From an uncultured cyanobacterium (lineage in GTDB: Bacteria > Cyanobacteriota > Cyanobacteriia > Phormidesmidales > Phormidesmidaceae), in contig CAWBZI010000001.1 in NCBI GenBank assembly GCA_963793265.1, forward strand, positions 1,472,001 to 1,536,000: 64,000 bases of DNA, given 5' to 3'. Of this stretch, positions 10,952-20,726 are shown in pieces. A program made the translations under genes and the position numbers. The notes beneath the pieces were generated by a model. It saw only the letters and a program-made list of their open reading frames with translations, did no database searches and was not told where the DNA came from. How positions within the stretch are numbered: the first letter of the stretch is position 1; the number at the start of each line of letters is the position of its first letter.

Positions 10952-11761
10952 ATGCTGAATAAAATGAACGCGCTACTGGCCACTGCAGCTTCACTAATCG
11001 CAATCGGTGTAGGAAGCGTTCCTGCTATGGCACTATCAATTACGCCAACTAGCAACGCTAACGATTTACTCAACACCTTGCTAGGAGACACTGCTGGCCT
11101 AAGCAACTTTGCGGTCACTACTACCGGCACAGATACCACAAATGGCTTCGGTACGTTTAGTAACGATACAGTTTTCGGGCTAGGTTCTGGTATTGTTCTT
11201 AGCTCAGGAGATGCATCTGGTGTTGACGGCCCCAATAATCAGACAGGCAACACCACGGGTTCAGGGAGCCGATCTCAACTAAATATTACCTTCGATGCAG
11301 ACGACACAGTAAGCAATCTCTTCTTCGAATACGTCTTTGGTTCTGAAGAGTTTTATGAATTTGCTGGAACCAGTTTTAACGATCTTTTTGAGCTACAGCT
11401 CAATGGCGTCAACCTTGCTCTGTTGCCCAATGGCAATCCAGTGACCATCAACAACCTTGCTACTACATCTGGCCCTATTAATCCTGCGGTTCTAACAACT
11501 AACCCTGGAGATGAAACTCAGCTAGATGCTTTCACTACAAAGCTGATATTTGAAGGCGTATTGAATAAGAATGCTAGCAATACTCTAAGCCTTTTTGTCA
11601 CAGATGTCGGTGATACCGCCCTTGATTCTGCCGTCTTGATTAAGGGCGGGTCAGTAACGACTAAAGACATACCTACGCCTGCTCCGCTACTCGGTCTAAT
11701 TGGTTTGGGGGCTGCGGCTATTCGCAAGCGCAGAGATGAGAGAGAAGCTGCCGAGGCATAG
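10952..11761 (+). CDS. Secreted PEP-CTERM-type protein (PTPA-CTERM variant) with a choice-of-anchor-L-like domain
   Basis: Signal peptide, FEYVFGSEEFYEFAGTSFND and DVGD...DSAV motifs, C-terminal IPTPAPLLGLIGLGAAAIRKRR sorting signal. Confidence 0.85.
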   Translation: MLNKMNALLATAASLIAIGVGSVPAMALSITPTSNANDLLNTLLGDTAGLSNFAVTTTGTDTTNGFGTFSNDTVFGLGSGIVLSSGDASGVDGPNNQTGNTTGSGSRSQLNITFDADDTVSNLFFEYVFGSEEFYEFAGTSFNDLFELQLNGVNLALLPNGNPVTINNLATTSGPINPAVLTTNPGDETQLDAFTTKLIFEGVLNKNASNTLSLFVTDVGDTALDSAVLIKGGSVTTKDIPTPAPLLGLIGLGAAAIRKRRDEREAAEA

Positions 11762-11813
11762 GGCGTAAAAGCTGAGTTGCTAGAAGATTTAGATAGGTAA
11801 TTGAGAATTAATT

Positions 11814-11859
11814 AGGCGAGGGCTCTCTGACTGGTAACAGGAGAGCCCTCGCCTTTTTT
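11814..11859 (+). terminator. Intrinsic terminator
   Basis: aggcgagggctctc...gagagccctcgcct stem followed by a T-run. Confidence 0.85.
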
Positions 11860-12038
11860 GTATGAGGCTGGCTGTATAAAATTAAGTGCTGTTATGGCGT
11901 GCTAGAGAAAGCCATTTGGAACGAAAATGACAAGAAGACGTTCTAGTCAGCTAGGGTTGCTAAAGACTACTGTGTAGAATTGATACATCATCGCTCTTGT
12001 TTATTAAGCGAATTGGCGAAACGCTTCACGCTCTATCT

Positions 12039-14504
12039 ATGGCTGCTCCATTGCTCAATCATCGCTACCGTATTTTGAAGTCTTTAGCTGAAGGGGGCTT
12101 TGGCAAAACGTTTTTGGCTGAAGACACGCAGATGCCCTCGAAGCGGCAGTGTGTGATTAAGCAGCTCAAGCCGATGAGTGATCGCCCAGCGGTATTTGCT
12201 CTCATTCAGCAGCGCTTTTCTAGAGAGGCAGCAGTGCTAGAAGCGGTAGGCAAAGGCAGCGACCAAATCCCGGATCTGTACGCATACTTCTCAGAAGACA
12301 ATCAGTTCTACCTCGTCCAAGAATGGGTAGAAGGGCAACCCCTGAGCGCTGTGGCTCAAGACACTTGGACCGAAGAACGCGTTAATAAGCTCGTTATCGA
12401 TGCCTTGAAAGCGCTGGCGCATGTGCACCGGCAAAACATCATTCATCGTGATATTAAGCCTGACAATATTATTCTGAGAAAAGCCGATCAGCTACCGTGC
12501 CTAATAGATTTTGGGGCGGTGAAAGAAGTGATGAGCACGGTGCTGAGTGCTTCGGGCTCGCCTAAAACGTCTTTGGTGATTGGAACGCCTGGATTTATGC
12601 CACCGGAGCAGTCGGCAGGACGGCCTACATTTGCCAGTGATATCTATAGTTTGTCGATGACGGCAATTTATCTGCTGACGGGGCGATCGCCCACCGAAAT
12701 CCCTACCGACAGCAGCAACGGACGCCTGCTCTGGCAGCAGTACGCTCCCAACCTCAGCACTCGCTTTGCCAGCATTCTCACTCGTGCCATTCACCCCTAT
12801 CCTCAAACCCGCTACGCCACCGCTAGCGACATGCTCGAAGCCCTAACGACAGCATCACCCACAGTCGTCTCTGAATCAAAAACGACTGCACCGCTAAGAT
12901 CGTCTGCTGCGCCGACAGTGGTGGCTTCTCCTTTGAGCCCAGCGGCTGGTCAGGTTGCTAATTCTCAACCGGGTCAGGCTACGGTCATCAACACGCCTGC
13001 GCCCAGCTCAAAGCGTTCTTCAGCGCTCCCTTGGAAGCGAATCGGTTTGGCAGCAGGTGCGCTGGTTTTAGGAGCAGGCATTATCGCAGGGCTACGGCCT
13101 CAGCTATCGTTTCAAGGCAGCTCATCAGAAGCAACGCTAGAAGACTTTCGAGGGCGAATTGCAACGTTAGAGAGAACCGTGGAGGGCGAGCCTGATAATG
13201 AGTCGGCTCAGGTTGAACTAGCTGAGAACTATGTCGAGGTAGGTGAGTACGATGAAGCGATTTCTCAGCTAGAGCCTTTGCTTGCACAAGCGCCTAACGA
13301 TGCTGCGGCCCTTACTGCTAAAGGCGAAGCTCAGTTTGCAACTGGCGATTACGCAGCCACGATAGAAACCACTACGAGAGCGATAGAACAAGGTGAACCG
13401 AGCGCCAAGACTTATAACCTGCGAGGCGATGCTTATTACGAAACGGGTGAATATGACAAAGCTGTTGACGACTACCGCAGCGCTATTCGCGTAGATCCTG
13501 ATAATGGGTTGGCCTATAGCAACTGGTCTGCTGTCAATGTGGTGAGGGGCAACGGGCAAGAGGCTTTGCAAAATTTGAACTTAGCAGTTGAGAAAGACCC
13601 TGGCTTGATTTCGGGCTTTGTGAATAGAGGCAGTCGTAAGGCTGAGCTAGGCGATAATTTGGGCGCAGCTAAAGACTGGCAGCAGGCGATTTCGCTGCCT
13701 GTGACGACCGCGAATGAGTACGCTAGTAGGGGCTATGCAAAGTCTCGTATGGGTGATAAGAGGGGAGCGATTGATGACTATAATCAGGCGCTAATTATCA
13801 ATCCTAAACTGGCTCGTGGCTATGTGAATCGAGCGGCTGTTTTTTATGAGCAAGGCGAGCAAGCGCAGGCTCTGAGCGAACTAGAAAAAGCGCTCGCGAT
13901 CAATCCTAATTCAGTTAATGCGCTTATCTTTAAAGGAGAGATCAATGCTTTTAAGACAAATCCTGATGCAGGTGCTGCGTTAGCTGCCTATAACAAGGCA
14001 CTTGAGGTCAATCCGAACGATCCTGGCGTACTTAACAACCGCTGCTCTGCATACTTCGCGGCTCAGCAGTTTGATTTGGCGCTGACTGACTGTGACTTAG
14101 GCTTGCAAACCAATCCGCGCAGCGCCGCTCTATACAATGGACGGGGCAATATTCGCTTACAGCAAGAGAATTTTGAGGGTGCTATTCAAGACTACAGTCG
14201 AGCAATTGAGATCTTTAATGCTGAAGGCGCGGAGCAAAGAAATCAGCCTATTTATTCTAATAGGGCTAGTGCCCTTGTGCAGATTGGCGATCTCAACGGT
14301 GCGCTTAGTGATGTCAACAAAGCATTGGAGCTGAAGCCAGATGCGCCTGAGGATTACTACAAGCGCGGGCTGATTAAAGTGACTCAAGAAGATCGAGAAG
14401 GCGGCGCTGCTGATTTGCGCAAGGCGGCCGACTTGTATATTGAGCAAGGGCGCACTGATAGTCACAAAAACGTCATAGCTATGATGGAGCAGTTAGGTCT
14501 TTGA
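12039..14504 (+). CDS. Hanks-type Ser/Thr kinase (Pkn2 family) with a TM helix and a long TPR array
   Basis: LAEGGFGKTFLA, VIKQL, IIHRDIKPDN, LIDFG and GTPGFMPPEQ, then one TM and many TPRs. Start placed at ATG 12039. Confidence 0.93.
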   Translation: MAAPLLNHRYRILKSLAEGGFGKTFLAEDTQMPSKRQCVIKQLKPMSDRPAVFALIQQRFSREAAVLEAVGKGSDQIPDLYAYFSEDNQFYLVQEWVEGQPLSAVAQDTWTEERVNKLVIDALKALAHVHRQNIIHRDIKPDNIILRKADQLPCLIDFGAVKEVMSTVLSASGSPKTSLVIGTPGFMPPEQSAGRPTFASDIYSLSMTAIYLLTGRSPTEIPTDSSNGRLLWQQYAPNLSTRFASILTRAIHPYPQTRYATASDMLEALTTASPTVVSESKTTAPLRSSAAPTVVASPLSPAAGQVANSQPGQATVINTPAPSSKRSSALPWKRIGLAAGALVLGAGIIAGLRPQLSFQGSSSEATLEDFRGRIATLERTVEGEPDNESAQVELAENYVEVGEYDEAISQLEPLLAQAPNDAAALTAKGEAQFATGDYAATIETTTRAIEQGEPSAKTYNLRGDAYYETGEYDKAVDDYRSAIRVDPDNGLAYSNWSAVNVVRGNGQEALQNLNLAVEKDPGLISGFVNRGSRKAELGDNLGAAKDWQQAISLPVTTANEYASRGYAKSRMGDKRGAIDDYNQALIINPKLARGYVNRAAVFYEQGEQAQALSELEKALAINPNSVNALIFKGEINAFKTNPDAGAALAAYNKALEVNPNDPGVLNNRCSAYFAAQQFDLALTDCDLGLQTNPRSAALYNGRGNIRLQQENFEGAIQDYSRAIEIFNAEGAEQRNQPIYSNRASALVQIGDLNGALSDVNKALELKPDAPEDYYKRGLIKVTQEDREGGAADLRKAADLYIEQGRTDSHKNVIAMMEQLGL

Positions 14505-14520
14505 TAGAGAGCATTGAATA

Positions 14521-16221
14521 GTGGCAGGCTTACTCAATCATCGCTATCGAATTTTAAGATCTTTGGCTGAAGGAGGCTTTGGTAAAACCTTTCTGGCCGA
14601 AGACATTCAGATGCCTTCGCGGCGGCGCTGCGTGATTAAGCAGCTTAAATCGGCTAGTTCGGAGCCTGGCATTGCTCAGATTGTGCGCGATCGCTTCGCC
14701 CGAGAAGCTGCCGTCTTAGAATCAGTCAGCAAAGGCAATCCACAGATTCCCGATCTGTACGCTTACTTCTCAGAAGGCAATCAGTTCTACCTCATTCAAG
14801 AATGGGTAGAAGGCACGCCCTTACACCAAACCATTCCGCCTACTTGGTCTGAAGAGAGCGTGGTTAAATTCCTTACAGACGTATTGCCTGCTTTAGATCT
14901 GGTTCATCAGCAGAATATTGTTCATAGAGATATTAAGCCTGAAAATATAATTTTGCGTCAGCGCGATCGGCTACCTTGTCTGATTGATTTTGGCGCAGTA
15001 AAAGAGATGATAAGCACCGTTGTCTCTGCTGGCACTCGCGAAAGTTCTATAGTGATTGGTACGCCTGGGTTTATGCCACCGGAGCAGGCAGCAGGGCGGC
15101 CTACGTTTGCCAGTGATTTGTATAGCTTGTCGATGACGGCGATTTACTTGCTGACTGGGCGATCGCCTCACGAAATTTCAACCGACAGCTACACAGGTCA
15201 GGTGCTATGGCAGCAGTATGCAAACGGGATGAGCGATCGCACCGCCGCCATTCTCACTCGCGCCATCAGCCTCAACCCACAAGATCGCTATCCTACTGCT
15301 GCTGATATGCTATCAGCGTTATCACAAGCCTCTGAATACAAAGCACAGATAGCAGAAACCGTAGTTTCGGCCCAGCCCAGCTTGCTTTCAGCTCGAGTCT
15401 TAGATGCTGACCCTAAGCAAAAAACGAGGATTAGCTGGCGGTATGCGGGTATCGGTAGTGGTGTCTTAGCAGTTGTGGCTTTGATCTGGGGGGGATCTCA
15501 GATTCAGCGGCTTACAGTTGAGCGATCGCAAAGTCCAACAGAAAACTCTTCCACCGTAACCATAGAAAGAAATCAAAAGCAACAACCTTTGGCTGAAGGA
15601 GATTCTATAGCAGAACTCACAGCTTCTATAGAATCGATAGAGAAGACTATCACTGAAGGCTCGGATGCTTTTGATAAGGGAGCGCTAGCGATCAACTATC
15701 TCGATAGAGCTGAAAAACTGTACGCTGAAGGCCGAGAATCACGTGCGCTAACAGACATTAACAGCGCTGTGATGTACGATTCTACTTTAGCCGATGCCTT
15801 TGTCCTTAGAGGTGATATTTACGCTAACCAGTCTCGGCCAGATTTTGAGGGGGCGATCGCTGCCTACACCGAAGCGCTCAACACCCCTGAGCTTCTCGAT
15901 CCGATAGCCGCCAGAATATTTGGCAAGCGATGCCAAACCTACGTGAAGCTTGAGAACTGGGCGCTAGCCGAAGAAAACTGCACCCGAAGCCTGAATCTTA
16001 ATGGCACTAATGCAGGAATCTACGCCGTTCGAGGCGATATCTACGCTGCGCAAAACGAGCTTGAGCAGGCCAATGAGCAGTACAGCATTGCGATAGAAAT
16101 TAATGAAGAAAGCGGTGTTGACGACCGCAGCGTTTACTACCGAAGATCTCAAGTAAGAGAGAAAATGGGAGACGCAGAAGGCGCTTTGTCTGATCTGCAA
16201 TACATCAGAACACCGCAGTAG
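14521..16221 (+). CDS. Hanks-type Ser/Thr kinase with a TM helix and a shorter TPR array (paralog of the upstream gene)
   Basis: Same kinase motifs (HRDIKPEN, DFG, GTPGFMPPEQ), TM GIGSGVLAVVALIWG and TPRs. Confidence 0.93.
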   Translation: MAGLLNHRYRILRSLAEGGFGKTFLAEDIQMPSRRRCVIKQLKSASSEPGIAQIVRDRFAREAAVLESVSKGNPQIPDLYAYFSEGNQFYLIQEWVEGTPLHQTIPPTWSEESVVKFLTDVLPALDLVHQQNIVHRDIKPENIILRQRDRLPCLIDFGAVKEMISTVVSAGTRESSIVIGTPGFMPPEQAAGRPTFASDLYSLSMTAIYLLTGRSPHEISTDSYTGQVLWQQYANGMSDRTAAILTRAISLNPQDRYPTAADMLSALSQASEYKAQIAETVVSAQPSLLSARVLDADPKQKTRISWRYAGIGSGVLAVVALIWGGSQIQRLTVERSQSPTENSSTVTIERNQKQQPLAEGDSIAELTASIESIEKTITEGSDAFDKGALAINYLDRAEKLYAEGRESRALTDINSAVMYDSTLADAFVLRGDIYANQSRPDFEGAIAAYTEALNTPELLDPIAARIFGKRCQTYVKLENWALAEENCTRSLNLNGTNAGIYAVRGDIYAAQNELEQANEQYSIAIEINEESGVDDRSVYYRRSQVREKMGDAEGALSDLQYIRTPQ

Positions 16222-16300
16222 TTTTTACGCAATAATTTTCTAGATGGGGCACCTTAGTTTCCTTGAGTGCCCCAGTAGAAATCATCCCGATAGAACAACT

Positions 16301-17536
16301 TTAAACCGTGAACTTCTCAGCAATGCGCTTCATCGCTTCTTCCACGTTCTCGCGACTGTTAAAAGCAGAGATACGGAAGTAGCCTTCACCCGCTGCGCCG
16401 AAGCCCGAGCCTGGCGTACCCACGATATTACAAGCATTCAGCAGCTTGTCGAAAAAGTCCCAGCTTGTAAGGCCATCGGGCGTTTTGACCCACACGTAAG
16501 GCGCATTCACACCGCCATAAACCTTTATGCCTGCTGCGGTTAGCTTTTCGCGAACGATGCGAGCATTCTCTAAGTAAAAGCTCACCAGCTCCTTCGTTTG
16601 CTTTTGCCCAGCTTCAGAATAAATTGCCTCTGCTGCTCGCTGCACCACATAAGAAACACCGTTGAACTTTGTAGACTGACGGCGGTTCCACAGCTGCCAA
16701 ATTTCCACATCAGAGCCGTCTTTGGCTTTACCCGTTAAAGACTTAGGCACCACCGTTAGAGCGCAGCGTGTGCCCGTGAATCCTGCATTCTTAGAAAAAG
16801 AGCGAAACTCAATGGCACAGTCTCTAGCACCTTCAATCTCATAGATAGAATGCGGAATACTGTCGTCTGTGATGAACGACTCGTAGGCTGCATCGAACAA
16901 GATAATAGAGCCGTTCGCTTTGGCGTAGTCCACCCAGGCTTTGAGCTGATCTTTGGTCATAGTTGCGCCCGTAGGGTTGTTAGGCGAGCACAAATAAATC
17001 AGGTCAACTTTCTTAGATGGAATCTCCGCTTTAAAGTCATTGTCAGCGCTGATAGGTAAGTAGGTGATGCCTTCGTATTTACCGCTTTCGTCAGCCTCGC
17101 CCGTGTGGCCTGCCATGACGTTAGTGTCTACATAGACGGGGTAAACCGGGTCGGTGACGGCGATGCTGTTGTCGTCACCGAAAATGTCGAGGATGTTACC
17201 GCAATCGCATTTGGAGCCGTCTGAAACGAATATTTCAGAGGCGTCAATGTCACAGCCGCGTGACTGGAAGTCGTTTTTAGCGATCGCCTCTCTTAGCCAC
17301 AGATATCCCTGCTCGGGGCCATAGCCTCTAAAAGATGCGCGATCGCCCATTTCTTCAACCGCTTTAATCATCGCTGACCGGCAAGCCTCAGGTAAGGGCT
17401 CAGTCACATCCCCAATTCCCAGCTTAATCACAGGCGCATCAGGATTCAGATCCGTATACGCCTTCACCCGGCGACCGATTTCAGGAAACAAGTAGCCCGC
17501 TTTCAGCTTCAGATAGTTGTCGTTAATCGTAGTCAT
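16301..17536 (-). CDS. dapL: LL-diaminopimelate aminotransferase
   Basis: [28 protein letters not shown] and [12 protein letters not shown] (PLP lysine). Confidence 0.97.
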   Translation of the reverse strand: MTTINDNYLKLKAGYLFPEIGRRVKAYTDLNPDAPVIKLGIGDVTEPLPEACRSAMIKAVEEMGDRASFRGYGPEQGYLWLREAIAKNDFQSRGCDIDASEIFVSDGSKCDCGNILDIFGDDNSIAVTDPVYPVYVDTNVMAGHTGEADESGKYEGITYLPISADNDFKAEIPSKKVDLIYLCSPNNPTGATMTKDQLKAWVDYAKANGSIILFDAAYESFITDDSIPHSIYEIEGARDCAIEFRSFSKNAGFTGTRCALTVVPKSLTGKAKDGSDVEIWQLWNRRQSTKFNGVSYVVQRAAEAIYSEAGQKQTKELVSFYLENARIVREKLTAAGIKVYGGVNAPYVWVKTPDGLTSWDFFDKLLNACNIVGTPGSGFGAAGEGYFRISAFNSRENVEEAMKRIAEKFTV

Positions 17537-17643
17537 AGATATTTCGTAGGTCGTCGGTGAGTCGATACAGATCTTATCAGGCCCGCAGTGTAGATTATTC
17601 TGAAACCATCACCTGATTACCATCGATACTGTCGATTTGCGCT

Positions 17644-18267
17644 ATGTCTCTTTCTGGGCTTTCCTCTGCATCCCTCCATACCCGCACCTGCTGGATTTTT
17701 GACATGGACGGCACGTTGACCGAAAGCCTCCACGACTTTCCTGCTATTAGCCGAACCTTGGGCCTTCCGCCTAATGAACCTATCCTCGAAGCCCTCGATC
17801 GCCTAACACCTGCCGAAGCGGCTAAATGCAACCAGCAGCTCGCCGAAATTGAGCTAGATATTGCCAGGCAAGCAACGCCACAGCCCGGTGCTTACGACCT
17901 GCTCAGCGAGTTGAAAAGTCAGGGCAAGCGCGTAGGCATTTTGACTCGCAATACAAAAGACATCGCTCACGAGACGCTGATTGCCTGTGACTTAGCTGGG
18001 TTCTTCGCTGCTGCCGATATTCTCGGTCGTACCTGCTGCGCGCCTAAACCTAAACCCGATGGCATTCTCAAGCTACTAACGGCCTGGTCAGCGACGCCTG
18101 CTGAAGCTGTGATGACGGGCGACCACAAGTTTGACCTGCTAGCCGGGCGCAATGCCAAAGCCGCTGCTGTCTACTTAGACCCTCAAGGCAATTTCGTTTG
18201 GCGTGACTATGCTGACTACGCCGTTACTAGCCTAGAGAGCCTGCGACAGCTCAACGCTACGGCCTAA
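17644..18267 (+). CDS. HAD-superfamily hydrolase
   Basis: FDMDGTL, LTRN, KPKPDG and GDHKFD. Confidence 0.92.
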   Translation: MSLSGLSSASLHTRTCWIFDMDGTLTESLHDFPAISRTLGLPPNEPILEALDRLTPAEAAKCNQQLAEIELDIARQATPQPGAYDLLSELKSQGKRVGILTRNTKDIAHETLIACDLAGFFAAADILGRTCCAPKPKPDGILKLLTAWSATPAEAVMTGDHKFDLLAGRNAKAAAVYLDPQGNFVWRDYADYAVTSLESLRQLNATA

Positions 18268-18360
18268 GCGGCTTAACTATCAGGACAAACCAAACCGAAT
18301 AAATACTTAAGTTATCAAGCTGATTAGTCTGTGAAGTATAAATACTCATTGACTTTTCAA

Positions 18361-18390
18361 TTGACAGGTGTAGAAGCGTTCCGTTACATT
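18361..18390 (+). promoter_or_regulatory. Sigma70-type promoter for the small ORF at 18525
   Basis: Perfect TTGACA at 18361 with TACATT 18 nt downstream. Confidence 0.55.
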
Positions 18391-18524
18391 TATTAATGTA
18401 GATTCTGATGCGTACCTTACTTTAGTCGGACTCACTTACGACGCGCGATTCTGACCCAAGGCGGTATCACTACCTACTGGTTACACTGTCCGACTGACTG
18501 TTTCGACTTAAGGAATCTTGTTAA

Positions 18525-18689
18525 ATGGCTATTGTTCTTGCTTTGATGATTGTTGGCTGGCTCGTTGCGTTTGCGCTAGGCTCGCAGGCCGGGTTCAGCG
18601 ATCAGCCAGAAGCCAAGCCCGCTCCTACTCAAATTGCAACCGCTGAAGCCCCTACAGCTACCTACCGCAAGCCCGCTTCCGTTGCTTAG
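18525..18689 (+). CDS. Small single-TM protein (54 aa), missing from the ORF track
   Basis: MAIVLALMIVGWLVAFALGSQAGFSDQPEAKPAPTQIATAEAPTATYRKPASVA. AAGGA SD about 10 nt upstream, promoter upstream and terminator downstream. Confidence 0.75.
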   Translation: MAIVLALMIVGWLVAFALGSQAGFSDQPEAKPAPTQIATAEAPTATYRKPASVA

Positions 18690-18724
18690 TTCTTAAGCCT
18701 TCTTATTTCTAAATACGCAAGCGT

Positions 18725-18757
18725 AAGCGCTACAGGATCGGTTCTTGTGGTGCTTTT
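18725..18757 (+). terminator. Terminator between the small ORF and the convergent EAL gene
   Basis: aagcgctacagga-tcgg-ttcttgtggtgctttt hairpin with G-U pairs and a T-tail. Confidence 0.6.
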
Positions 18758-18774
18758 GTTTTGAATTTCTGTGG

Positions 18775-20517
18775 CTAGTGATTAGTCTTTTGAATGAACT
18801 GAAGCGCTACGTCAGGCGTCATAGGCTTGGCGAAGTAAAACCCCTGAATGTGTTTGCATCCAAGCTTGCGCAGTCCTTCTAGCTGGGTTTCAGTTTCTAC
18901 ACCTTCGGCAACGATGTCCATTTTCAGGCTATTTGCCAGCTCGATAATAGTTCGTACAATAGCTGTGTTTTCGCCGCGATCACCAATATTTTGCACAAAA
19001 GACCGATCGATTTTAAGAATATCAATCGGTAGCTGCTGCAATCGACTCAGCGACGAATAGCCAATGCCAAAATCATCGATACACAAACCTACATTTAGTG
19101 CTCTAAGCGCTTTCAGCGCCGACAAGGCTTCTTCAGAATTGCGCATAATGGCTGTTTCTGTAATCTCAAGCCTGAGATCTTCAGCGGGGAACCCAGTCTC
19201 GTGCAAGATGGCTTCTACCTGTTCTACCAGATCGTTTTGAGCAAGCTGGCGAGCTGATAGATTTACATTGAGCTTAATAGTTGCGCCAAGCTGCTTTTGC
19301 CACTTGCAGACCTGCTGACAGGCTTCTTTGAGCACCCACTGTCCGATTATCGTAATCACGCCTGTCTCTTCCATCACCGGAATAAACTCGCCTGGCGAAA
19401 TTTCACCGTGCTGAGGATGGTGCCAGCGGATCAGCGCTTCTACAGCGACCACCTGATCGCGATCGATGTCTATAACCGGCTGATAGCGAAGCTTTAACTC
19501 TTCGCGCTGTACTGCAAACTGAGCCTGAGTTGCCATTTGCCATAGGGCAACGGCTCTTTGGTGCATCGTTTGATCAAACACGGTATGGCATGAGCCGCCT
19601 TGAGCCTTCGCTCTATATAAGGCAGTGTCGGCATTGCGGAGGAGATCGCTAGATTTTTCGTAGCCGACGCTGCTGCAGACGACGCCGATGCTGATATTGG
19701 CGAATACTTCGTAAGTACCTAGCTTGAATGGGGCTTTTAGGCTGTTGTGAATGCGATCGCACACCGCTGTCGCGTCCGCTAGCCCATCAATTTCTTCAAG
19801 CAAAATGGCAAACTCATCGCCGCCGAGCCGGGCAAGCGTGTCGCAGCGGCGAATACAGGCTTCTAAGCGTCCTGACAGAGCCGTCAATAGCTGATCGCCA
19901 ACGCTATGACCCAAGCTATCGTTAATCACTTTGAACCGATCGAGATCTAAAAAGAGGACAGCGCACTGCTGACTGGCATTACGCTCTAGCCGGATTACGG
20001 CCTGTTCAAGGCGATTGACGAACAGCGCTCGATTGGCTAGCCCGGTGAGCGCGTCATAAAAAGCTCGGTGGCGAAGCTGCGCTTCCATCCACTTCTGTTC
20101 AGTAAGGTTGATTACCTGGAGCAAAAAACAGATAGGTCGCTGCTGACCGTCTCGCACCATCGTCACCGTCAGGCCAACATGCAGAGGCTTTTCGTCCTTA
20201 CTCCAGTGCCGCGTTTCGATTTGGAAATGCTGTCTTTGATCATCCAGCAGCTCCTCTCCTAGTGAGTGCAGCAGGGGAATGTCTTCGGGGTGGGTGAGGT
20301 CTTTAAATGTCAGCATGACCAGCTCGCGCTCGCTGTAGCCTACCGCCTCGCAAAAGCTTTGATTCGCGCTTAAGAAACCACCTTCTAAATCCAGAATAGT
20401 CATGCCAATAGGCGAGAGCTGGAAGATTTGTTTGAGCGTTTTGGTATTAAGAGAATCCTGGTTGTCGCTTTCTGGCTTTGCTGAAGAGGAGGTAGCCACG
20501 CTAGAGCTGTTATTCAT
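18775..20517 (-). CDS. PAS/PAC-GGDEF-EAL c-di-GMP signalling protein
   Basis: PAS (THPED), YDALTGLANR, DLDRFK.IND, RLGGDEF, EALIRW, EITE, DDFG.GYSSL and AEGVET. Confidence 0.96.
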   Translation of the reverse strand: MNNSSSVATSSSAKPESDNQDSLNTKTLKQIFQLSPIGMTILDLEGGFLSANQSFCEAVGYSERELVMLTFKDLTHPEDIPLLHSLGEELLDDQRQHFQIETRHWSKDEKPLHVGLTVTMVRDGQQRPICFLLQVINLTEQKWMEAQLRHRAFYDALTGLANRALFVNRLEQAVIRLERNASQQCAVLFLDLDRFKVINDSLGHSVGDQLLTALSGRLEACIRRCDTLARLGGDEFAILLEEIDGLADATAVCDRIHNSLKAPFKLGTYEVFANISIGVVCSSVGYEKSSDLLRNADTALYRAKAQGGSCHTVFDQTMHQRAVALWQMATQAQFAVQREELKLRYQPVIDIDRDQVVAVEALIRWHHPQHGEISPGEFIPVMEETGVITIIGQWVLKEACQQVCKWQKQLGATIKLNVNLSARQLAQNDLVEQVEAILHETGFPAEDLRLEITETAIMRNSEEALSALKALRALNVGLCIDDFGIGYSSLSRLQQLPIDILKIDRSFVQNIGDRGENTAIVRTIIELANSLKMDIVAEGVETETQLEGLRKLGCKHIQGFYFAKPMTPDVALQFIQKTNH

Positions 20518-20726
20518 AAGGGTTGCTTAAAAGAGACACAGGCTTCAGCAGCTCGATGATTCGATTCTATTTGATAGGCTATTCGATAGGATTTGATAGG
20601 CGAAAGCCACGTGCTGACCACTCAAGAATTCCCGCGTGGACTGTCATATTCCCTTAACTTGATGAATTAACTCGCAGACGCTGGTGCTGGCGAATCACTG
20701 TTGCAAGGCGCTGTTGTAGACCACTG

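Noticed and set aside
18369..18415. NtcA box upstream of the small ORF
   Set aside because: The GTA...TAC spacings present are not the required 8 nt.
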